A DNA stretch of 64,000 bases. Source: Nitrospirota bacterium. GTDB lineage: Bacteria > Nitrospirota > UBA9217. This document shows, in pieces, positions 40,538 through 49,269 of the stretch (the first letter of the stretch is position 1; each line of letters starts with the position of its first letter). Made by a program: the position numbers and the translations under genes. A model generated the notes under the pieces. That model searched no databases and had not been told where the DNA came from. It worked only from the letters and a program-made list of their open reading frames with translations. Where the stretch lies: positions 29,048 to 93,047 of the forward strand of contig DASPSR010000049.1 in the NCBI GenBank assembly GCA_035623825.1, read 5' to 3'.

Positions 40538-41068
40538 ATGAGGCATTCAGGTCAAAAGAGAGTAGGTATCGTTAGCCGGGCGAAAGCCGTCTCTTTCAAT
40601 GCAACGAATGAGCGGGGCATCGCTCTCGTCGTAGTTCTTGTCATGCTTGTCATCGTGGGCCTCCTCGGCGCCTTTGCGCTGAACACGTCGACAACGGAGC
40701 TGCATATCGCCGGCAATTACCGGAACGAGCAGTTCGCCTACTATAATGCGGATGTGTTCCAGGCATGGGGACCGAACAACCCTGGTGTTAGCAATACGAT
40801 CATTCCTTACACCAATAATACCTTCGGCCCCTGCCCGCCGTCCTGCGGCACCGTCACCGCGCCGTCTACGAGCACAGGAACCACAAAGGTGACGGTCCAG
40901 TTTTTGTGCACAAGCCCGCCGCCACCGGGTATGGGCGCAGACCCGGATGTTTTTTCAGCGTTGCATTATCTGGTGACGGTCGTCGGAAAAGGCCTCACTG
41001 GTCAGTCGGAATTCACAGTGGAAACAGAAATGATTATACTCGGTCCGAAGAGCGACAGTGACTGCTGA
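40538..41068 (+). CDS. pilX: Type IV minor pilin, PilX-like
   Basis: ERG|IALVVVLV lacking Glu5 (typical of PilX), E..IAGNYR...A.Y.A. Confidence 0.82.
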   Translation: MRHSGQKRVGIVSRAKAVSFNATNERGIALVVVLVMLVIVGLLGAFALNTSTTELHIAGNYRNEQFAYYNADVFQAWGPNNPGVSNTIIPYTNNTFGPCPPSCGTVTAPSTSTGTTKVTVQFLCTSPPPPGMGADPDVFSALHYLVTVVGKGLTGQSEFTVETEMIILGPKSDSDC

Positions 41069-41090
41069 TGGCCGGATTGAGGAGGAGCGT

Positions 41091-41471
41091 ATGAAAAAAA
41101 TGTCGGTTATCTTGCTGGTCTCGGGAATATGTCTGCTCGCCTCGGTAGCGACGGCAGCAGGGAAAGATCAGGGAAGACCGGGCCAGGGCATCGCTGCCTA
41201 CAATCCAGCCGCGGTCTACACCGGCGCCTATGTGACGGAATCCATCTACTACAAAAATCCCGGCGCCTCCGTCTGGACGCGGGTCTCGCGACCGGCCAGT
41301 CTGTCGCGTGTATCGTGCGGGGACGCCCTGTATCATCTCAAACGTGAAGGCGCATGGAAAGGCCATTTGAATCCTGACGGCTCCTGCGGCCCCACGAGCG
41401 AACCTTCGGACTGGGCGGTTGGCAATTGGCTCAATTACCAGGATTCGCTCCCTGACACTGATACGCAATAA
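41091..41471 (+). CDS. Small secreted protein resembling the PilY1 vWA insert subdomain
   Basis: GAGGAGGAG RBS, MKK signal peptide; SC...L...G.W.G.L...G.CG...GNWLNY pattern. Confidence 0.75.
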   Translation: MKKMSVILLVSGICLLASVATAAGKDQGRPGQGIAAYNPAAVYTGAYVTESIYYKNPGASVWTRVSRPASLSRVSCGDALYHLKREGAWKGHLNPDGSCGPTSEPSDWAVGNWLNYQDSLPDTDTQ

Positions 41472-41570
41472 CAAGCACTTGCATGTCCGTGTTGGGAGGA
41501 TGTCATTGGCGGGCAAACGAACAGTGAGTCGTGGTTATTGCCGCCAGTCATCGAACTTGAGGAGGCAGTC

Positions 41571-44500
41571 ATGAATACGACGCTTAGAAAAATATTGCCA
41601 CTGATGGCCGTGGTTGTCGCATGGCTTTGTCCTGCAGCCCTGCTTGCGACGCCTGACCAATATGTGGGTGACACTGCCATTTACGGAGGTGTGCCAGCCC
41701 AGGTCGAACCCAATGTCCTGTTCATCATCGACGATTCCGGGAGCATGGCCGACAGCATTCCGCTCGGCGTGCCTTACGATTATACTACCTATCCAGGTAA
41801 TCCGTATACGGATCCGGGAATCCACTGCTTGACCTCTGGCGGAAGTCCGGAAGTGTGCCAGCCCGCGGCCGTCTATAACCAGATAAGCGGCAAATATTAC
41901 CATTTTGCTGACAATGTGAGCAGCATAATCACGAGCTGCCATTCCAACAACCCGCAGAACCTGCTTCTTACAACAGGACAATACAGCGGTAGGACGCTTA
42001 CCAACAATGGAACCAAGTGCGGCAATAGCGGCAACGCCGTTTACCTGCTCGGGAACTACATCAACTGGCTTGTGGGGCCTGGCGATAATGGCGCGACGGC
42101 ATCCAAAATAAGCATAGCAATCAACGTCATCCAGAACCTGGTCCAGGCCACGAACGGCGTCAGGTTCGGTCTCATGACGTATCATTACGCATGCTCCGGC
42201 TGCGACGGCCAGGGTGCGCAGTTTCTGTCTCAATCCGTTGCCGGATCTACATATGTAACGACGATCAACAACATGAATCAAATATTCACAGGCTCGACAA
42301 CGAACCGGCAAGCGCTCATAAACGCGGTAACCGTCCTCACCCCGCAAGGCAACACCCCCCTGGGAGAAGCGCTCCTTGAGGCCGGACAATATTTCGCGGG
42401 GGGTGCGACCCTCTTTGGCAACACCATCGGCGTCACGGGAGGGAAGTATACGTCCCCCATCCAGTACAACTGCCAGGGCAATTACATCGTCCTGGTAACC
42501 GACGGTATGTCAAACTCGGATGAAGACAGTTCGCTTAACTTCCTCACGCAGTCGACTGCAGGGGGAGGGCCCGGCCCCGGCGGCTTCGGTTCCGGCGGCT
42601 ACTGCGGGACGAACCACTGGGATTGCGGCGGAACCAGTACGTATTCTCAAACCCATACGGACTACGGTTCCGACAGGAACACCTCGGTCGCAGGTGTCGC
42701 GAAATATCTTTACCAGACGGACATTCGGCCTGATTTGCCCGGCACCCAAAACGTCACGACTTTTACCATCGCCTTGGGCACAGAAGCCTCGGGGAGCGAC
42801 GATGAAGGTGTGGCGACCCTGATGGACGCTGCCGACAAAAACCACGGCCGTGGGCAGTATTTTCCCGCGACAAGCGCGTCAAAGCTGAGCAGTGCATTCA
42901 CGACGATTCTTGAGCAGATTTTTTCCGTCAACTCGTCCTTCGTCGCCCCGGTGGTCCCGGTAAGCCCGCAGAACAGGTCCATCAGCGGAAACCGCATCTA
43001 TATGGGCTTGTTCATGCCGAACAGCGGGCTATTCTGGAGCGGCAATCTCAAAAAATTCGGCATTGGCCTGTACACCGGCCCCACCGGGACAGTTGACCCC
43101 AACGCGATTCTTGATTCAAACGGTAACCTAGCAACATACGTGGATCTGAACGGTGACGCACGCGACGACCGTGACAACGCCTGCATGAGCGGGCTTGCAT
43201 GCCCGAATGTCAATGCGGTCAACGGAAGTTTCAGGCAGACATCCGTGTCCTACTGGGGGTCGACACCCGACGGAGGGGCCGTGACAAGCGGCGGTGTGGG
43301 TGAGAAGCTCTTGAGCAGGACCACAGCGCGAAACATTTATACGTACCTGGGATCAACGAAGCAACTGTCAGCAGCCTCGAATGCCTTCAATGCCACGAAT
43401 ATCACACCGGCGGCACTTGGCATGTCGGACACCACGAGTGCGGGCAGCCTAATCAACTTCGTATACGGGCAGGACGCCTACCTCCAGGAGGAAGGCAATA
43501 CCAACCCTGCTGCATTACGCTCGTGGATACTGGGAGACATTCTGCATTCAAAGCCAGTAATCGTCTCGTACCAGACCTATAACCCCTCGTCCGAAGGGGT
43601 CTGCAGCGCGACACAAGGTGACGGAAAGAACAGATCAATGGTATTTGTCGGAGCCAATGACGGCATGCTGCATGCCTTCAAAGACTGCGACGGCAGCGAG
43701 GCATGGGCATTCATTCCCCCCGACCTGTTGCCGAACCTGCAGTATCTGGAGCCCTCCGGAAGCTGGCATACGTACTACGTGGACTTCTCACCGGCTGTCT
43801 TTATGTTCAATAAAAATAAAGACGGCAATATCAACACAGCCAACGGCGATAAAGTGATCCTGCTTTTTGGTTTGAGGCGAGGCGGGGGTCTCGCCGGTTC
43901 GCCCACCAAGGGATTTTACTATGCACTCGATGTGACCGACCCGAATAACCCTCAATATTTGTGGACAATCAGCAACGCCACGGCCGGATTTTCCGAGATG
44001 GGTGAGGCATGGAGCGATATGGATATCGGTAAAATCAAGGTCGGTACAACGGACAAGATCGCCGCTTTTGTCGGCGCAGGCTATGACAACTGCAACGAGG
44101 ACGCTCGTTTCGGCCCGATCCAATCCTACCCGGGGTCTTGCGTTCAGCAGCCCACCGGCGACGGCGGGACCGTGACGAGCCCGGGAGGGGCAAGTCCGCT
44201 CAACCCTAAGGGGAGAGGTATCTACATCATCGATGTGGCAACCTTCGACTCGAACTACATTCCGCAGGTAACCGCAACCAGCGGCACGGCCATATGGAGC
44301 TACACCAATTCCAATGCGCCGACGACCATGACCTTTTCAATACCCGGCAAGATCAAACCGATGGACACGAACTTTGACGGCTATATTGACACACTCTATG
44401 TGGGCGATGTGGGCGGCAACATATGGAGATTCAATATCATGAGCTCTTCTACATCAAACTGGACCGCCAACAGGATCTTCAGTTCGAATCCCGGCGCAGA

Positions 44501-45224
44501 CGGTTCAACGGGCCGCAAGATCTTCTATGATCCATCAGCTACCACACAGCAGGACGGGACAGTACGGGTGTACTTCGGCACTGGTGACCGGGAACATCCG
44601 CTGAACAGTGCCGTCGTGGACAGGCTATATGCCCTGACCGATAGAGGCCAGACGACCGGATCGGGAATCAATGAATCAAATATGGTTGATGTCACAACTG
44701 ATGCGCTGCAGAGCGCTGCGGAGACACAGGCCCAAGCTACCTCTCTTATCAGCCAATTGACGAGTACGACGAACTATGGCTGGTTTATACAGCTAAATCA
44801 GAATGCTGGCGAAAAAGCGCTTGCTCCTGCGCTTGCCATGAACGGCGTCTGTATCTATACCACCTACTACCCGTCATCGGCTACGACTACGGATCCATGC
44901 GCGACCGGGAACCTGGGAACCGCACAGGCCTATGTCGTGGACACTCTGTCCGGCATGGCGGTGTTTAATTATGATCCGACCAACGATTCAACGAGCACCA
45001 CTAACGCCTACGCAAAGGCTCCAGGAAGTCCGTACGTTCTCATGCGGAGCGACAGGGTAGAGACTGTCGGCAGCGGCATCCCGTCCGGTGCGGTCATCAT
45101 CATTTCGCAGACAGGCCTGACGACGGCGATGGTCGGTATTGGCGGTAATATCGCCACCTTCAAATTGCCTGCAGGAGGAGTTATGATGCCGCTTTACTGG
45201 AGACAGAAAGTCGAATACTATTGA
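41571..45224 (+). CDS. pilY1: PilY1/PilC-family pilus tip adhesin with N-terminal vWA domain and C-terminal beta-propeller
   Basis: Signal peptide; MIDAS DDSGS, TPL, VTDG; LGDILHSKP, VGANDGMLHAF, EAWAFIP, Ca loop DTNFDGYID, FGTGD. Confidence 0.93.
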   Translation: MNTTLRKILPLMAVVVAWLCPAALLATPDQYVGDTAIYGGVPAQVEPNVLFIIDDSGSMADSIPLGVPYDYTTYPGNPYTDPGIHCLTSGGSPEVCQPAAVYNQISGKYYHFADNVSSIITSCHSNNPQNLLLTTGQYSGRTLTNNGTKCGNSGNAVYLLGNYINWLVGPGDNGATASKISIAINVIQNLVQATNGVRFGLMTYHYACSGCDGQGAQFLSQSVAGSTYVTTINNMNQIFTGSTTNRQALINAVTVLTPQGNTPLGEALLEAGQYFAGGATLFGNTIGVTGGKYTSPIQYNCQGNYIVLVTDGMSNSDEDSSLNFLTQSTAGGGPGPGGFGSGGYCGTNHWDCGGTSTYSQTHTDYGSDRNTSVAGVAKYLYQTDIRPDLPGTQNVTTFTIALGTEASGSDDEGVATLMDAADKNHGRGQYFPATSASKLSSAFTTILEQIFSVNSSFVAPVVPVSPQNRSISGNRIYMGLFMPNSGLFWSGNLKKFGIGLYTGPTGTVDPNAILDSNGNLATYVDLNGDARDDRDNACMSGLACPNVNAVNGSFRQTSVSYWGSTPDGGAVTSGGVGEKLLSRTTARNIYTYLGSTKQLSAASNAFNATNITPAALGMSDTTSAGSLINFVYGQDAYLQEEGNTNPAALRSWILGDILHSKPVIVSYQTYNPSSEGVCSATQGDGKNRSMVFVGANDGMLHAFKDCDGSEAWAFIPPDLLPNLQYLEPSGSWHTYYVDFSPAVFMFNKNKDGNINTANGDKVILLFGLRRGGGLAGSPTKGFYYALDVTDPNNPQYLWTISNATAGFSEMGEAWSDMDIGKIKVGTTDKIAAFVGAGYDNCNEDARFGPIQSYPGSCVQQPTGDGGTVTSPGGASPLNPKGRGIYIIDVATFDSNYIPQVTATSGTAIWSYTNSNAPTTMTFSIPGKIKPMDTNFDGYIDTLYVGDVGGNIWRFNIMSSSTSNWTANRIFSSNPGADGSTGRKIFYDPSATTQQDGTVRVYFGTGDREHPLNSAVVDRLYALTDRGQTTGSGINESNMVDVTTDALQSAAETQAQATSLISQLTSTTNYGWFIQLNQNAGEKALAPALAMNGVCIYTTYYPSSATTTDPCATGNLGTAQAYVVDTLSGMAVFNYDPTNDSTSTTNAYAKAPGSPYVLMRSDRVETVGSGIPSGAVIIISQTGLTTAMVGIGGNIATFKLPAGGVMMPLYWRQKVEYY

Positions 45225-45235
45225 TGAGAACGCTC

Positions 45236-45263
45236 CATCGCTTAAGAAGCGGGATGTTTTTTT
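45236..45263 (+). terminator. Terminator-like hairpin between pilY1 and the Ig-domain gene
   Basis: CATCGCTT-AAG-AAGCGGGATG (bulged) followed by T7. Confidence 0.45.
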
Positions 45264-45270
45264 AAGGGAT

Positions 45271-46209
45271 ATGTCCTCTATGAGCATGAGACAAAAAATT
45301 CTCCGCATTTTTCTGTGCGCCTGGGTCGTGACTTTTTTTGCTGTCGCGTGCAAGAATGACAGTCAGGATATTCCCCGACAAAACATCCCGCAAACGACTG
45401 CGGAAACTCAAAAAGCTGATCCCGTTCAGGAACTTGCAGCAACGATACTGCCCGGAGACCCTGATGCGCTATCGAACTTGCAGGCCGTCTGTAACTGTTC
45501 AGGGCAAGGATCTGTTCGGTATCAATGGGAGCAAAACGGTATTGTGCTCGAAGGAGAACACGACGCCACATTGCTTCATAAAAATCGCTTCGCCAGGGGA
45601 GACCGCATAACTCTTACCGTAACGACAGCCGGGAGATCGGCATCAGCGACAGTGATTATCAGGAACGCGCGTCCGGTTGTGACATCCGTAACATTCGAAC
45701 CGAAAGTAATTTATCGGGGGGTCGACATAACCGCGGTTCCGACGGCGACCGATCATGACGGCGAAATGGTTCGGTTCAACTATAAATGGTCCATCAACGG
45801 TAAAGAGCTTGCCGAAAACACGGCAACGCTGAGCGGAAGCAATCTAACGCGAGGTGATCGCATATCCCTCGCGGTCGTCCCCTATGACAATAATGGAGAG
45901 GGGGAGCCCTTTATTACCAAGCCAATAACAGTCCCAAATGCACCGCCGAGGTTCATTTCCGCTCCGCCGAAAGAATTCAGCGGTGAGACCTACAGTTATC
46001 AGGCTCAGGCCGAGGATCCGGACGGCGATCCACTCACCTATGCATTGGTCTCGGGGCCGTCGGGCATGAACATCGATCCCAAAACAGGTCTCGTAACGCT
46101 TAAGATAACGAAGGAGCATGCCGGTACGCATCGGATAGAAATTTCAGCTGAAGACCCCCAGGGGTCAAAGGCATCACAGATTTATTCGTTGACTTTGGCT
46201 GTTCCGTGA
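45271..46209 (+). CDS. Putative lipoprotein with tandem Ig/cadherin-like domains
   Basis: Lipobox-like AVAC; repeated Y.W..NG...RGDRI.L.V; N.PP linkers; DPDGDPLTY..GP.GM.ID..TG. Confidence 0.75.
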   Translation: MSSMSMRQKILRIFLCAWVVTFFAVACKNDSQDIPRQNIPQTTAETQKADPVQELAATILPGDPDALSNLQAVCNCSGQGSVRYQWEQNGIVLEGEHDATLLHKNRFARGDRITLTVTTAGRSASATVIIRNARPVVTSVTFEPKVIYRGVDITAVPTATDHDGEMVRFNYKWSINGKELAENTATLSGSNLTRGDRISLAVVPYDNNGEGEPFITKPITVPNAPPRFISAPPKEFSGETYSYQAQAEDPDGDPLTYALVSGPSGMNIDPKTGLVTLKITKEHAGTHRIEISAEDPQGSKASQIYSLTLAVP

Positions 46210-46218
46210 GAGGTGATT

Positions 46219-46755
46219 ATGAAAACAGGGAACATGCAGAAATTAATCCCCCCAGACAAGGGCTATACGGTTATAGAAATGGTGGTTGTTATCGCAATCA
46301 TATCGACGATTACTGCCATCGCACTTCCACCGTACGTTCAATGGCGGCAAAGCGTTCAGTACCGGTCGACGGCCAGATCCATTGCAGCCATGATGCGCGA
46401 CGCGCGGAGCAGGGCGATCTCAAATAACAGTCAATACCGGGTCGAATTCCAAACGCCAACAGCAGCAGTGGCCCAATACCGGATGACTCAAGGAAACCTA
46501 TCGTCAAACAGTTCGACCTGGAATACCGTTCAAAGCTGGAGCCAGATCATAAGCGGTGTGACACTGACTTTACAGAATGTGACTATGCCTGTTCCTGAAA
46601 ACTGTCCCTCTAATAGCAATTGCATTGATTTTTATCCCAATGGGACAGTAAATCTTAACGCCCTCCCTCCTGCGGACATCCAAGTCATGGACAGCACGAA
46701 CACTCTACGTTTCACTGTCGAAGTGTCAAATGCCGGTAGAATCAGAGTTTTTTAA
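46219..46755 (+). CDS. FimT/FimU/GspH-like minor pilin
   Basis: DKG|YTVIE, IALP.Y..W, ARSRAI, F.PNG, GRIRV C-terminus. Confidence 0.85.
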   Translation: MKTGNMQKLIPPDKGYTVIEMVVVIAIISTITAIALPPYVQWRQSVQYRSTARSIAAMMRDARSRAISNNSQYRVEFQTPTAAVAQYRMTQGNLSSNSSTWNTVQSWSQIISGVTLTLQNVTMPVPENCPSNSNCIDFYPNGTVNLNALPPADIQVMDSTNTLRFTVEVSNAGRIRVF

Positions 46756-47066
46756 TTGTGACTTTCCTCCGATCTTTGCGGCCAGTTTAGAGCCCACTAT
46801 GAACGCATATGACGGGGGAGCCAGAAGGACTAACAAGATATTCAAAAAACGATATTCACCTCTAATAGCCGCTGTTTTTATGCTCCTCCGCTTTCGATCA
46901 TGACTCGATACAAAGCGGAGCGAGTTCGAAATTTCGCATGACCGACGTGTGCCGCATGTTAGAAAACCAGGCTCAAAATCTTCCTTTTCCTTGACGCCAT
47001 CTGCTTGTCCCACCGAATGTCCTATATAGATAGAAGACAGAATCAGTCACTCTGCTTGAGCAAAGA

Positions 47067-47151
47067 GCATGCGCTGCGTAAGCTAAGCCGTAGGAGGATC
47101 CATCCGTCTCGCCGCGTTTACCTTCGCACCGCAGGGATGCAACCTTTTTTT
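47067..47151 (+). other. Irregular long hairpin followed by T7 in non-coding DNA (terminator or sRNA 3' domain)
   Basis: GCAT/ATGC, CTGCG/CGCAG, TAAGC/GTTTA, GAGG/TCTC nested pairs, then TTTTTTT. Confidence 0.35.
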
Positions 47152-47323
47152 GAGACCCGTGATTGCTCCTCGTTCTCCTTTGTGCTACGATAAGTCTATC
47201 GGTCCGGATTGTACAGCTACCACGAGAGCGATTTTCGTCAGTACGTTTCTGTCATTAGTGCTCGTACGCTGAAGAGCCGATGCCAGACCCTCTGGCATAA
47301 CGCATACATACAGAGTCCCGCTC

Positions 47324-47920
47324 ATGGAAAAACCCGTTGTATTGGCATCGAATTCTCCACGGCGCAAGGAACTGCTGAGGCAGATTGGCATGAGTTTCAA
47401 ATCCGATCCCGCCGACGTGGACGAACGAATGTTGCCTGGAGAAGAGGCAGATGAGTATGCCGTCCGTGTTGCTCTCGACAAAGCCTGTGTTGCTGCGCAG
47501 AGGACTGGCACGGGAACCATTATCGCAGCCGACACGATCGTGGTGCTCGACACAGCTATCCTCGGGAAGCCGGCGGACGCCGGGGACGCCGAACGCATGC
47601 TGGGCATGCTTTCAGGCAAGATGCACACGGTTATTACGGGTCTGGTCGTTATGGATGCCGGAACGAGAAGAACACAGAAACGCATCGCTATCACAAAGGT
47701 ATGGTTCCGCGACCTTACTAAAGAAGAAATTGTATCGTACGTAGCAACGGGCGAACCGCTTGACAAGGCAGGAGCGTATGGGATACAGGAGAGAGGGGCT
47801 CTCTTTGTCCAAAAGATCGAAGGCTGTTATTTCAATGTTGTAGGCCTTCCGCTATCATTGCTTGGCGAGATGCTTGTCGATTTTGGAATAAACCCGTTCC
47901 CAATGGGAAAAAACACATAA
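47324..47920 (+). CDS. maf: Maf-family nucleotide pyrophosphatase (YhdE type)
   Basis: LASNSPRRKELL, ADTIV, GKP, DKAGAYGIQ, NVVGLP. Confidence 0.95.
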   Translation: MEKPVVLASNSPRRKELLRQIGMSFKSDPADVDERMLPGEEADEYAVRVALDKACVAAQRTGTGTIIAADTIVVLDTAILGKPADAGDAERMLGMLSGKMHTVITGLVVMDAGTRRTQKRIAITKVWFRDLTKEEIVSYVATGEPLDKAGAYGIQERGALFVQKIEGCYFNVVGLPLSLLGEMLVDFGINPFPMGKNT

Positions 47921-48011
47921 TATATTTATATTTCAAATAGTTACCTGTTTATTCTGTGGAAACGACAAAGTTTCCCCCTTCTTTTTTCCCCAAATTTATT
48001 TGTTTTCTAAC

Positions 48012-48040
48012 TTGACAACCTTAGTATATAATTCTAAAAT
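48012..48040 (+). promoter_or_regulatory. sigma70-like promoter for the LuxR-type regulator
   Basis: TTGACA-17 nt-TAAAAT in AT-rich DNA. Confidence 0.75.
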
Positions 48041-48075
48041 ATCATAAAAGGTAAAATCTTAACCGGGAGGTGGAC

Positions 48076-48726
48076 ATGGTGAATACTAAAATCCGCATTA
48101 TGATAGTGGACAATGATTCCGGTCAGATAGAAACCTTATCATCGGCGCTCAAGAAACAGGAAGATTTTGAAATAATATCTGTTGTTTCCACACGGGAGAC
48201 GGCGATAAAACTCCTTTCTCAAGAGCCCGACATCCTGATTTTGAACCCCGATGTGCTGAAACAGCGGACGCTTTCTCGTTTTCTACACTCTGTGCAGCTT
48301 AAATCTCCCAAGACGAGGATTATTAACGTGTTGTCGAACACTCCACCCGATGAAAATGCGATAACAGATATCAAGGCGGGAATAAGGGGATATATCAAGA
48401 TCACGGACGTTCCCGCGATTATCGCAAAGGCGATTCGCTCCATTCGTGAGGGAGGGATATGGGCTGAGCGCAGGATTCTCGAAAAAGCAATAGCCAAGCC
48501 CATGCTTCTGCCTGAAACGCTTCAGTCTCATATTCCAGGCCTTCCACCTCTCACCAATAGGGAGATGGAGATGCTGACACTGGTGCTCCAGGGTGCCACG
48601 AACAGAGAGATTGCGGACAAGAGCAAGATCAGTGAAAGGACGGTAAAGACCCATCTATACAGGGTATATAGAAAGCTCAAGGTAAAGAGCAGGACCAAGG
48701 CTATTGCTCTCCTGTCACATTCGTAA
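48076..48726 (+). CDS. NarL/LuxR-family regulator with atypical receiver domain
   Basis: LTNRE.E.L..V.QG.TNREIA....ISERTVKTH HTH; receiver beta3 reads PDILILN. Confidence 0.92.
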   Translation: MVNTKIRIMIVDNDSGQIETLSSALKKQEDFEIISVVSTRETAIKLLSQEPDILILNPDVLKQRTLSRFLHSVQLKSPKTRIINVLSNTPPDENAITDIKAGIRGYIKITDVPAIIAKAIRSIREGGIWAERRILEKAIAKPMLLPETLQSHIPGLPPLTNREMEMLTLVLQGATNREIADKSKISERTVKTHLYRVYRKLKVKSRTKAIALLSHS

Positions 48727-48763
48727 ATATAGTGCAACTCCACAAAATACAACTTTTGATCGA

Positions 48764-48791
48764 TTGACTTTTTTTGTCTAGATGATATCTT
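48764..48791 (+). promoter_or_regulatory. sigma70-like promoter upstream of the ncRNA candidate
   Basis: TTGACT-16 nt-TATCTT with TGn extension. Confidence 0.55.
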
Positions 48792-48797
48792 TCAATG

Positions 48798-49045
48798 AAA
48801 GACTGCGCTGTTAGCAAGCTCTCAATCCGGAGGCAGATCCAACGCGGCGCACAATCCCCCCCTTAACAACTGGTCTATGCCGCTTAAGAGTCCGCCAACA
48901 GGGTGCCTTCGAAGTCAGGGAAGCTGATGCACAGACTCCGGGCCAAGTTTCAGACTCATCATAACAGCGCAGTCATTAAGGCGTCCCGATACCCCCCTCT
49001 GCTGGTTGGTTACGCCGGCAGAACTTTCGGGGCGCCTTGTTTTTT
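48798..49045 (+). ncRNA. Candidate structured non-coding RNA (family unassigned; 5' domain is 6S-sized)
   Basis: Perfect 13-bp closing stem 48801-48813/48962-48974, further nested helices, upstream promoter, downstream terminator, no credible ORF. Confidence 0.55.
48978..49045 (+). terminator. Extended intrinsic terminator-like hairpin
   Basis: AAGGCGTCCCGA/TCGGGGCGCCTT plus inner TCTGCTGG/CCGGCAGA, then GTTTTTT. Confidence 0.6.
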
Positions 49046-49269
49046 CATCTTTCCCAGGCGGGCAATAACGTGTTAGGCGGTCCCTTCCGGAATAAAACCC
49101 TTCATGAAAGTCGGGTCGTGTTTTTCCCCAATAAGCACATTCGATTCCCCCTATCTTCATCGAACAAAAGTGCCGAGGTCTTGCACTGGTACCGAGTTCA
49201 AAGTCAATTTGCAATCGTAGGCAGACTTTCATCTTGATTCCGTTCGGAAATATCTATATGCTTACCAGC

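Noticed and set aside
38802-46755. Diversity-generating retroelement or invertible cassette acting on the pilins
   Set aside because: No reverse transcriptase, recombinase or near-identical template/variable DNA repeats are seen. The similarity between the small protein and PilY1 is at protein level only.
48945-48965. Minus-strand TGATGAGTCTGAAAC resembling a hammerhead ribozyme core
   Set aside because: It lacks the C of CUGAUGA and has no stem II between the core segments.
48801-48974. Naming the ncRNA candidate as 6S, SRP, tmRNA or RNase P RNA
   Set aside because: No SRP, RNase P or tmRNA signature is visible. The size fits 6S, but I cannot confirm a 6S central bubble by eye, so it is left unassigned.
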